A stretch of 64,000 nt of DNA from Chlorobiota bacterium (GTDB lineage: Bacteria > Bacteroidota > Ignavibacteria > Tepidaquicellales > OLB5). Below are positions 18,323 through 27,421 of the stretch, piece after piece. The DNA is taken from assembly GCA_022616535.1 (NCBI GenBank), contig JAKEEM010000016.1, positions 1,683 to 65,682 of the forward strand, in the 5' to 3' direction. A model generated the notes under the pieces. That model was not told the DNA's origin, did no database searches, and saw only the letters and a list, made by a program, of their open reading frames with translations. The position numbers and the translations under genes were made by a program. Each line of letters starts with the position of its first letter. Within the stretch, counting starts at the first letter, position 1.

Positions 18323-19595
18323 ATTATTTGCATTTGCCGCCTTTAAATGAGATGAAAATATTAATGTTACACCTGTAAACATTAACACTGCGCACACAAA
18401 AAGGGACTCATTATAAAGCGGCAATGCCGGCGCCCGAAACCAGATAATAAAGGCTGGGTAAAACAAAAGGGCTTCATTTAAAACAAAACCCGCAAGCAGC
18501 AGCCATAATCCTGTTTTAATAAGTGAAGTTTCGGGATTAATTAAATTATTCACTGAAAACAGGAAGAAAATCCCGCAGTTCACAACGCCCAGCATTACAA
18601 GGTGGATGTATCCGATTGCGACCTCGCGGCTGATGAAGGCTGCATCTCCGATATAAGGCAGCGCCGAAAGGAGCTGAAAAATATATTTAAGGGAAAGTGA
18701 TATAATAAAGATATAGAAAAGTCTTTTGCTCCACACACAGAAATTACTTTTAATAGCTTCTCTTATATTAAACAAATCCTTAAATAGAAATCTAAGCCCG
18801 ATAAACTGAAATAAAGCCGAGCCGAATGCAATTATCCATATATAATTTGGAAGAGCAAACCCTAAAAGTGAAAGCGTATATGCAGGTATATTCGCCCAAA
18901 AAAGCAAATTGAAAGCTGTGTTTAAGCCATCTGAACTTTTGATTAATCCCTGCTTCTCATAATAGAACAAAACAAGCCCTATTAAAGCAAACACAAACCA
19001 TCCGTTATACTGAAAGTGAAGGTAAAAGTAAATCGCCTGCTTATATAAATCAGTTCCTGCGAGACCTTTAATTACAATTATAGCCAGACCCCACGGACCA
19101 AACGATGATAAAAAAAGAAAAAAAAAGCGCTCCGTAAACGAATTTTAATGATAAGTTATGATTTTCTTTTAATGAGGGATTGCTTTTAGTCTCTTTATAA
19201 AAATAATATATAAAGAAATACGAAAGTATTATATGGAGAGTTGAAAACGCAATCGAAATGCCAGCATACCCCTGAATTGCAAAACTTAAAAGCTGACCCC
19301 AAACAGAAAGCTGGATTAACCAGAAAATAACATCGAACTTCTTCGAAAAAATTTCATTCGGAAGATAACAGTTCAGCAAAAGAATGAATAATGAGGTAAA
19401 AACCCATCCGAGCATAGCAGCGTGCGAGTGGGAATGAAGCAGATACTGGAAATTAAAAAATCCGAAATCTTTAACAAACATAAATCTTAAATATGAGCCA
19501 ATCAAAGCAATTATCACAAAATACAACAGTGCTATAGATATTCTTTTTTTTATCTTATTCGTGCTATTTATAGTCTGTGATTCCACCCTTTTCAC
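18305..19595 (-). pseudogene. multi-pass membrane protein (His-rich TM motifs, heme-copper-oxidase-like) split by a +1 frameshift in a poly-T tract
   Basis: Span is 1291 nt (430 codons + 1). Deleting one T at 19110-19126 joins ORFs 19068-19595 and 18305-18994 via LFFLFLSSFGPWGL...IYFYLHFQYNGWF. HSHSHAAMLGW and HLVMLG motifs present. Confidence 0.8.
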
Positions 19596-19629
19596 ATTTT
19601 TATTTGTAATAAGGGAAATTAAACGCCGG

Positions 19630-21396
19630 CTACCTCAACACTTTCATTTCAACTCTGCGGTTGGCTGACATACCTTCCTCTGTTTCATTGCTTGCAACGG
19701 GGCTGGATTCACCGTAGCCTTTTGCAATAAGCCTGCCGGGGTTAATCCCATTACTCATAAGATAGCTGACAACACTTTCTGCTCTTTTTTGGGAAAGCTC
19801 CAAATTATACTCATCGCTGCCTCTTGAATCAGTATGGGCGGAAATTTCGATATTAACATCAGGGTTATCGGTTAAAAACTTAAACACTCTGTCCAATTCT
19901 ACAAAAGATTCCGGTTTTAGGTCATACTTATCGAAGTCAAAATAAATATTATTAAGCTTGATTGAAAGCTCGGCGAGTGATTTAATTGAGTGCATAACAA
20001 TATCAACAGTCATCTCTTTAAACGAATTTTCCCCCGATAAATCGACATTGTTGGAAACAGAATAATAGCCGGCTTTCTCCGCAAAGTAGCTGTAAGCCGA
20101 ACCGTTTGGCAGGGTAATTATATACTCGCCTGTTTCAGGATTTGAAGTAAGCGCGCCGAAGTTTCGGTTTGAAGAAAGCTCATACCACTTCAAGCCTGCA
20201 TCAAGGGGAGTCATGTTTTCATCAGTTACTTTTCCTTTTATAGTTACTACGTTTCTTTCCGGTTTAGCTTCTCTAGGGAGCTTAATTGAGTAAATATCGT
20301 AACCGCCTTTGCCTCCTTCCCTGTCGGAAGAAAAGAAAGCATATTCACCGTCAGTTGTAATTTTATACGCAACATCGAAGCCGCTTGTATTGATTTCTTT
20401 GCCAAGATTTACGGGCTCGCTCCACTCTGTCCACGAGGTATCGCTTAGGCGAACGCTTTTGAAAACATCAAGGCTTCCAAGCCCGTAGTGCCCATCGGAG
20501 GAAAAGTATAATGTTTTTCCGTCAGGGTGAAGAAAAGGCGAACGTTCTGAAAAAGGTGTATTGATAACTGTTCCAAGATTGATTTGATTGTCCCATCCTG
20601 AATCATTTTTCACCGAAACCCAAATATCGGTATTTCCTTCATATTCACCGTGATAAAATTGTCCCCCTTTAACAAACGGACCAACTCCCCCTTTTCTGTC
20701 TGATGTAAATAAGAATGCCTTGCCATCGGCTGTTAAGAAGCCGTCGCAATCCCAGTAAATTGAATTAACCGGCTTTGGGAAGGGCTTAATTTCACTCCAC
20801 CCTTTTGAAGTCCTCTCAACATAAAAATTATCCCCACCGCCTATAAACCCTTTATAGCTTCCGAATAAAACCAGAACATTGCCGTCAGCGGAGACGCTGT
20901 TTACGGCATCATTTTCCTTTGTGCTGAACGGGGCACCCATATTCTTAGGCTTAATCCACGTATCGGCAATACGCTGCGAGTAATAAATATCCTCGCCTCC
21001 CTTTTTTCCTTCGGCAAAGGTAAAATACATTGTCAGTCCGTCAATCGTTAAAACCGGGAAGTATTCACTTTTTGATGTGTTGATTGTCTCAATGCTGGTG
21101 ATTTCAAGGTTCTGAAGGGTGGATTTAAGTAAGTCTATAATCTTGTCTGTTCTATCGACATTTTCTATAAACCACTCTCTGTAATTTAATAATATTTTTG
21201 CTGCTTCTTCCCAGTTTTTTTTATCGATATACGGCTTTGCAAGCCGCTGAACGGCAACAAATGCGTCTTCCTGCGGCGCCGTCAGATAAATGAACTGTTT
21301 AAGCTCTTCTTCCGATGTAATTGTCTCCAAATCACGCTGGGCAAAGCATTGAGCTGTTAGTAGAAAGACATAACTAAATGTAATCAGCTTAACCAT
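19630..21396 (-). CDS. PD40-propeller + OmpA C-terminal domain protein (PorE-like)
   Basis: SPFLHPDGKTLYFSSDGH repeats; NIYFDFDK, SAHTDSRG, YNLELSQKRA and NRRVE motifs. Confidence 0.88.
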   Translation of the reverse strand: MVKLITFSYVFLLTAQCFAQRDLETITSEEELKQFIYLTAPQEDAFVAVQRLAKPYIDKKNWEEAAKILLNYREWFIENVDRTDKIIDLLKSTLQNLEITSIETINTSKSEYFPVLTIDGLTMYFTFAEGKKGGEDIYYSQRIADTWIKPKNMGAPFSTKENDAVNSVSADGNVLVLFGSYKGFIGGGDNFYVERTSKGWSEIKPFPKPVNSIYWDCDGFLTADGKAFLFTSDRKGGVGPFVKGGQFYHGEYEGNTDIWVSVKNDSGWDNQINLGTVINTPFSERSPFLHPDGKTLYFSSDGHYGLGSLDVFKSVRLSDTSWTEWSEPVNLGKEINTSGFDVAYKITTDGEYAFFSSDREGGKGGYDIYSIKLPREAKPERNVVTIKGKVTDENMTPLDAGLKWYELSSNRNFGALTSNPETGEYIITLPNGSAYSYFAEKAGYYSVSNNVDLSGENSFKEMTVDIVMHSIKSLAELSIKLNNIYFDFDKYDLKPESFVELDRVFKFLTDNPDVNIEISAHTDSRGSDEYNLELSQKRAESVVSYLMSNGINPGRLIAKGYGESSPVASNETEEGMSANRRVEMKVLR

Positions 21397-21437
21397 AAAT
21401 CTCTAAGAACAGGGGAAAAACGAAATTTCAGTGTATT

Positions 21438-23216
21438 TTATTTTTTCAAACGGAACTCGACTCTCCTGTTGAGAGCCCGTCCTTCTTCTGTATCATTATC
21501 TGCGACGGGCATGGTTTCGCCGTATCCGTGCGGCTCTAATCTCAAAGAATTTATTCCTTTCTGTATCAGATACTGTACAACGGAATTTGCCCTCTGCTCT
21601 GATAATGTCTGGTTAAAATTGTCGCTTCCAACATTATCGGTATGAGCATTTATTTCAACATGAAGTTCGTCATTAACCGTCATAAATTTATACAAAAGAT
21701 TCAGTGCTTCGTAGGACTCAGGTTTTAAGTCAAACTTACCAAAATCAAAGAAAATATTTTCGATTTTAATTGCCCTTCCTGAATTTTTAAGCTCATCAAC
21801 GGATATTAAGCTCATATCTACCTTTGCTTCTTCATAAGCTTTTGCCGCGGTTAAATCCATATAATTAACCGTAGAGTAATAACCCTTTACATCAGCATAA
21901 TATGCATAGTTTTTTCCAATAGGGAGTGCAATGAAATATTCACCCGTCTCAGGGTCGGTCTTAGCTATGCCTACTTCCTTCATTGCCTCAACATCTTCCC
22001 AGCGGATTGTTGCATCCACGGGATTTCCTTTTTCATCTATCACCTTGCCTGTAACAGTAACTACATCACTTACGGGCTGTATTTCTTCCGGCAGTTCAAC
22101 ATAGTAAATATCCTCCTCGCCGAATCCCATTTCATTTATAGTGGAAAAATACGCATGTTTACCGTCCGTGGAAATCTTATAACCCCAATCTTCCTCAGCA
22201 GTGTTTATTTGTTTTCCAAGATTTACCGGTTCGCTCCACTCAATCCACGATGTATCGCTTAACCTTACCGTTTTGAAAACATCAGATTTCCCCAAACCGG
22301 GGTGTCCGTCGGATGAAAAATATAAAGTCTTTCCGTCAGGGTGTAAAAATGGAGTTCGTTCAGTGTAGGGTGTATTAATTGTCGGGCCGAGATTTATCGC
22401 CGTCTTGCCCCAGCTTCCGTCGGCTTCTTTCAGCACAACGTATAAGTCGGTATTACCCCAGTACATACCATGATGGTAATCGCCCTTTGGCTTATATTCA
22501 CCTACCCCCTTCGGCCGCTCGGAAGAAAATATTACTGCTTTGCCGTCAGCCGTTAAGAACGCATCTGCATCCCACCATTTTGAATTAATCGGCTCAGGAT
22601 ACTGAATAACATCGGAAAAACCGTTTTTAGTTTTCTCAATATAAAAATTATCGCCTCTTCCCAAAGCATTTATGTAGTTGCCGAATAACACAAGCGTGTT
22701 GCCATCAGCTGAAATACTGTTTATATATTCATTGCTTTCTGTATTAATCTTCGAAGGAAGTGGTTTCGAGATGGTCCACCTGTAATTTACGTAATAAGAT
22801 ATAAACACGTCCTCTCCGCCGATATTATCTTCTCTGTCCCGCCCCGTGAAATAGATTTTCTTCATATCCGGCGAGAGTACCGGCCCGTATTCCCTCCCAA
22901 GGGAGTTAATATTACCGCCCATATTGTATATTTTAATACCCTTCTCAGGGGCACTAAGGAGCTCTATAATTTTGCCGATGGTTTGTGTATGATTCGGAAA
23001 TCTGAATTTGTGATCTTCGTAAAACTTAATTGCCTTTTTCCAGCTGTGCTTATTAATGTAAGGAGAAGCCAGATACTGCAATGCTATAAATGCATCTTCA
23101 CTTGGAGCGTAAAGTCTAACAATATTCAAGTAATATTCGGGACTTTCACCGCCATCAATCTGTATTTTTTGTGAGTAAGAAAATTGTGAGAAGGCAAACC
23201 AAAAGGAAACAATCAA
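21438..23216 (-). CDS. PD40-propeller + OmpA C-terminal domain protein (PorE-like), tandem paralog
   Basis: TPFLHPDGKTLYFSSDGHPG, NIFFDFGK, NAHTDNVG and NRRVEF motifs. Start uncertain. Confidence 0.88.
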   Translation of the reverse strand: MIVSFWFAFSQFSYSQKIQIDGGESPEYYLNIVRLYAPSEDAFIALQYLASPYINKHSWKKAIKFYEDHKFRFPNHTQTIGKIIELLSAPEKGIKIYNMGGNINSLGREYGPVLSPDMKKIYFTGRDREDNIGGEDVFISYYVNYRWTISKPLPSKINTESNEYINSISADGNTLVLFGNYINALGRGDNFYIEKTKNGFSDVIQYPEPINSKWWDADAFLTADGKAVIFSSERPKGVGEYKPKGDYHHGMYWGNTDLYVVLKEADGSWGKTAINLGPTINTPYTERTPFLHPDGKTLYFSSDGHPGLGKSDVFKTVRLSDTSWIEWSEPVNLGKQINTAEEDWGYKISTDGKHAYFSTINEMGFGEEDIYYVELPEEIQPVSDVVTVTGKVIDEKGNPVDATIRWEDVEAMKEVGIAKTDPETGEYFIALPIGKNYAYYADVKGYYSTVNYMDLTAAKAYEEAKVDMSLISVDELKNSGRAIKIENIFFDFGKFDLKPESYEALNLLYKFMTVNDELHVEINAHTDNVGSDNFNQTLSEQRANSVVQYLIQKGINSLRLEPHGYGETMPVADNDTEEGRALNRRVEFRLKK

Positions 23217-23508
23217 ATAAAAATTAAAACTCTTACCAGCTGTTTTCGGATTTAAAATGAAACGGGCAAGATTTATAACTTCGCTATGAATAGTTGTTTA
23301 AATTGCTGAAGAATTTAACTCAAATTATCTAATTTTTTATAAATGGTCAAGACTAACTATTATATGGTAGTCAAATAACCTATCTAATTAAACTTTATAA
23401 GCTATAAATTAAATAAAAGTTTCAATTAACATTGAAATTATTTAAGCTAAAACATATATTTGTTAACGCTTCTGTAATATTTAACTAATATAAACTTAGT
23501 AATTAAAT

Positions 23509-24516
23509 ATGTCCGAAATCCTGCTGGATGTTCAAAATCTCAAGAAATTCTTTCCAATCAAAAGAGGGCTTTTCTCTAAAACTGTAGGTTATGTAAAAGC
23601 TGTTGATGAGGTTTCATTTCAGATTAAAAGGGGGGAGACCCTCGGACTGGTGGGTGAATCAGGCTGCGGCAAAACAACAATCGGCAGAAGCATTTTAAGG
23701 CTCATTGAGCCCACCGCAGGAAGCGTATACTTTGAAGATAAAGACGTTACTAAAATGGACCACAAAGACCTTAAAAAAGTCCGTAAGGATATGCAAATCA
23801 TTTTTCAGGACCCCTATTCATCGCTAAATCCAAGAATGACCGTTGGCGGAATGATTACCGAAATATTAAAGTTCCATGAAATAGCCGATGGCGAAGCGGC
23901 AGAAAAGAGGGTGAATGAACTGCTTGAGAAAGTTGGATTATCGAAGCTTCACGCAAGAAGATATCCGCATGAGTTTTCAGGGGGACAAAGGCAGAGAATC
24001 GGAGTTGCAAGAGCACTTTCGGTTGAACCAAAATTTATAGTATGCGATGAACCTGTATCGGCTCTTGATGTATCAATACAATCTCAAATTATAAATCTGC
24101 TCCAGGATTTACAGAAGGAGCTTCATCTTACATACTTATTCATTTCACATGATTTATCGGTTGTGGAGCATATAAGCGACAGAGTTGCAGTAATGTATCT
24201 CGGGCAGATTGTAGAAATAGCCGATTGCAAAGAACTCTATGCAAACACAAAGCATCCGTATTCAGAAGCATTGCTTTCTGCAGTCCCCATTCCCGACCCG
24301 AAGAAAAAAAGAAACAGAATTATTTTAACCGGAGACGTTCCCTCGCCAGCAAACGTGCCGACAGGGTGCTACTTCCATCCCAGATGCCCTAAAATCAAAA
24401 AAGGAGAATGTGAACACATTCATCCGTTACTTGCTTCGCTGAATCAGACTTCACACATGGTTAAATGTATCTTATATCCTGAAAGCTACCCGACAAAAGA
24501 GATAAAAGCCGCGTAA
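23509..24516 (+). CDS. oligopeptide/dipeptide ABC transporter ATP-binding subunit (OppF/DppF-like)
   Basis: [25 protein letters not shown] motifs and the C-terminal [16 protein letters not shown] element at 23455-23462. Confidence 0.93.
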   Translation: MSEILLDVQNLKKFFPIKRGLFSKTVGYVKAVDEVSFQIKRGETLGLVGESGCGKTTIGRSILRLIEPTAGSVYFEDKDVTKMDHKDLKKVRKDMQIIFQDPYSSLNPRMTVGGMITEILKFHEIADGEAAEKRVNELLEKVGLSKLHARRYPHEFSGGQRQRIGVARALSVEPKFIVCDEPVSALDVSIQSQIINLLQDLQKELHLTYLFISHDLSVVEHISDRVAVMYLGQIVEIADCKELYANTKHPYSEALLSAVPIPDPKKKRNRIILTGDVPSPANVPTGCYFHPRCPKIKKGECEHIHPLLASLNQTSHMVKCILYPESYPTKEIKAA

Positions 24517-24530
24517 GTTTTTTTCATAAA

Positions 24531-26483
24531 TTATTTAATCAGAACCAACTTTCCTGAATAAGAGTATATTTCTGAACCAACACTGCCTTGTACTGTGGCT
24601 GTGTAAAAATAAACTCCTGAAGATAGCCCCTCGCCGTTAAATACATAATTATGCTCACCTGCCGGCAAGTGATTGTTGACAATCTGCCTGACTTCCCTGC
24701 CTTCAATGTCATAGATTTTTATAACAACAAAACTGTTCTTAGCTAATGCAAGTTTTATATTTGTTGTCGGATTAAACGGGTTCGGATAAACAGAAAGTGA
24801 AAATCCTGCAGGGACCTGAATATTTTGCACAGAAATAGGATTACAATAATTCCTGAGAGAAAGCCTGATTGCATCTGCAATAACAAATCCGTTTGTTCCC
24901 GTATTGCTAACCAAAATATTTCCCGAGCTCCCGGCATTAAAGCGGAAAATTCCCAAAGCCACCCATTCACCGCCCTGCGCTCGCTGGTTAACAACAGTAT
25001 CCTTTATACCTCCTTCAAATGTAATTTTTACAGGAACATTTAAAGCTCTATTTGTTTCTGATGTCCAGCGGAGAAATACTTCATAATAGCCTGTATTTTG
25101 AACAAAAGGAGAATATCTTACTGATTTAGTTCCTTGTCCGGTATTCCCGTCGTGAATATAATTTACGCTCCAGTATCCCGGTGTAAATGTGCTTGGTGTC
25201 CATTGCCCTGTTATTGTAACGCCGTTCAGTGTATCTGTATTATCAAGTATAATGTCACCCGGCTTTAAGATGTTATTTATGTAATCGCACATCCCTTTAC
25301 CTAGAACTTCACCATGTGTTTTATACAATGGCAGAGTCCATTGAACATTGTCAGTCCTGTTAACCCAGCCTGTTTCTAAACTGGTAGAAAATTCCATTGA
25401 TGAAAACATTGAATCTACCCAGGCTGCTGATGTTTGCCCATTTGTGGCATAGGCAGGCAATCTGTTGAAAACATACCCCCCGTTCTCCAGCAGCAGTTTA
25501 CGGTAAAAATCAAGATTTACCGAACGAACTCCCGATGCATGCCTGGAGTAAAACCATGTATTATTATCATTTTGCCCGGGAAACGGATTGTGGCTGTCAA
25601 TAAAAATTTTCAACGGATTTTGGGAAGACGTTTCTATAATTTTTTGCTTCACCGCAATTACAGCGGCCCAATAGGAAGGAGAATCCCAGTCACGATTAAA
25701 GTCAACCGGCAGCTGGTCTTTGCCTGTTCCCCCAATCGCAGTATTATCCACATCCATTACCGGCACAACATAAACAATTGCCAGCCTTCGCAGTCTATCT
25801 GCCTTCACATTACTTGAAGCCATAAAATCACACAAACCTTCGATTACATAGTTTGAATGCGATTCCATGGCATGGTTTCTTCCAATTACCCATATTGAGT
25901 ATTTACCCGTATCGGGCACGCAGGGTTCCGTAAATTTAAAAAGCTTAACGTTCTTTCCACCTTGGCTTAAAGCAATATTTGAAACAGATACGAATGGATT
26001 TGATAAAAACCTCGTTTCAAGGTTTATTAAATCAGAATAAACATATGGATAACCGTGGGAAAAATATATAGTGTTTTGAGAATACGTCCTTGTAAATTCT
26101 TTTGAGTCACCTATGAACGTTCCCGTAAACCTGAACCAATTTATTTTATCATAGCTGTATGCAGCAAGCACTGGCACATAGTATTGCTGAGTATACTTTA
26201 CCTGTATTTTAAACGGCTGGCTTACATTAAAGCCGGAAATTTTACAGTAAAATACTACATTATGCACATCGCCAGTGCGCAGTTTTGATTCAATTTTTAC
26301 AGTATTAGTTAAATTATTAATAGTAATTACCTTTGCATTTGCTCCTTCAAAACTTGTGTCAACTGAAATTTGTGAAAGGGATATACAATGAAGTGAAATG
26401 AAAGCAACAAGGGATAATTTGTATTTAACATTTTTAAACATCATCAATGTAAATCTAAATAATTTACATAAAAAAAGGGACAC
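24531..26483 (-). CDS. M14 zinc carboxypeptidase + Golvesin/Xly-like domain + T9SS C-terminal sorting domain
   Basis: GRNHAME, DFNRDW and IDSH motifs; VVNQRAQGGEWVALGIF and VIADAIRL; YPNPFNP...SSGVYFY tail. True start probably a few codons downstream (MMFKNV). Confidence 0.8.
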   Translation of the reverse strand: MSLFLCKLFRFTLMMFKNVKYKLSLVAFISLHCISLSQISVDTSFEGANAKVITINNLTNTVKIESKLRTGDVHNVVFYCKISGFNVSQPFKIQVKYTQQYYVPVLAAYSYDKINWFRFTGTFIGDSKEFTRTYSQNTIYFSHGYPYVYSDLINLETRFLSNPFVSVSNIALSQGGKNVKLFKFTEPCVPDTGKYSIWVIGRNHAMESHSNYVIEGLCDFMASSNVKADRLRRLAIVYVVPVMDVDNTAIGGTGKDQLPVDFNRDWDSPSYWAAVIAVKQKIIETSSQNPLKIFIDSHNPFPGQNDNNTWFYSRHASGVRSVNLDFYRKLLLENGGYVFNRLPAYATNGQTSAAWVDSMFSSMEFSTSLETGWVNRTDNVQWTLPLYKTHGEVLGKGMCDYINNILKPGDIILDNTDTLNGVTITGQWTPSTFTPGYWSVNYIHDGNTGQGTKSVRYSPFVQNTGYYEVFLRWTSETNRALNVPVKITFEGGIKDTVVNQRAQGGEWVALGIFRFNAGSSGNILVSNTGTNGFVIADAIRLSLRNYCNPISVQNIQVPAGFSLSVYPNPFNPTTNIKLALAKNSFVVIKIYDIEGREVRQIVNNHLPAGEHNYVFNGEGLSSGVYFYTATVQGSVGSEIYSYSGKLVLIK

Positions 26484-26509
26484 ATATACTCGTCCCCATA
26501 GACTTGAGG

Positions 26510-26654
26510 AGTGTCCTAATTTCGTCTAGTACAATCCGTCATTCCTGCGAAAGCAGTCCCAGCGTAGCGCGGAGCAATCTTGCTTTTATTTTGTAAGATT
26601 CCGTATCACGTAACGGAATGACAGCGTATGGGGAGCCCACAAAATTAGGAGACT
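26510..26654. mobile_element. MITE-like element: 16-bp imperfect terminal inverted repeats enclosing a CGTC-type REP
   Basis: AGTGTCCTAATTTCGT (26510-26525) versus the reverse complement of 26639-26654, AGTCTCCTAATTTTGT (14/16). Inner GTCATTCC (26538)...GGAATGAC (26622) is a perfect 8-bp inverted repeat. Confidence 0.6.
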
Positions 26655-26684
26655 ACCTACACTTGAAACTCAAAGCTCAAGAGA

Positions 26685-27143
26685 TCACTCTTCCTGTTTT
26701 ATAATAATTATACCGTAATAATAGGTATTCTTAGTTCTCTTATTAAAGTTCAAACACCATTTTGAAAGAGCTTTAGGAGTTAAATGGATTTTGACTCTTT
26801 TCTGCTCAGGGTCAATTACGGTAACATACTTATTTTCATAGTCAATTGCACTTACCCAGTGGTCTTCGTGATCGGTTAGAATTACAAGCTTGTTGCCCTT
26901 TTTTAGATTATATTTAACCCTTTGCTTAAAAGCAGACTCGGTTTTATTATAAAATTCCTTGTAGCGGAAACCAAGATGCTTTAATGCTTTTTTAATCTTC
27001 TTTTCACTTGTTCCCTTTTCCCTGTCAGAGCCGGCAAGCTCCCTGATCCTCCGCTCTGAAAATGCATAGCCCATTGCTAAAAGCGAGTTTCTGACAGATG
27101 CGGGACCGCAGGTAAATTTTGTTTCTTGTCTGTGGTAGGTCAA
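26685..27143 (-). CDS. stand-alone C39-family cysteine peptidase
   Basis: QETKFTCGPAS (Gln and catalytic Cys), DHWV and IDP. Confidence 0.8.
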   Translation of the reverse strand: MTYHRQETKFTCGPASVRNSLLAMGYAFSERRIRELAGSDREKGTSEKKIKKALKHLGFRYKEFYNKTESAFKQRVKYNLKKGNKLVILTDHEDHWVSAIDYENKYVTVIDPEQKRVKIHLTPKALSKWCLNFNKRTKNTYYYGIIIIKQEE

Positions 27144-27421
27144 TTAAACAGAACCCTAAATTATGCAAAATAAATCAAGTAAAGTAAATATACACAGAAT
27201 ATTTTTATCATTGAAAATTTATAAGTCTTAATAATGCCAAGTTTTAACGGCAATTACAAATATTTACAGATTTTAAATTGAACTTTAGTTAAATCTCTAA
27301 CCTTACAGATAAACGGAAGGACGGTTATGGTCAATTTGGAACCCTTTGGCACTTCTATACCTTAAAAATGTTATATATTTTAAGTTAAATAATTAATAAT
27401 ATTATTTAAATTATTCTTTAA

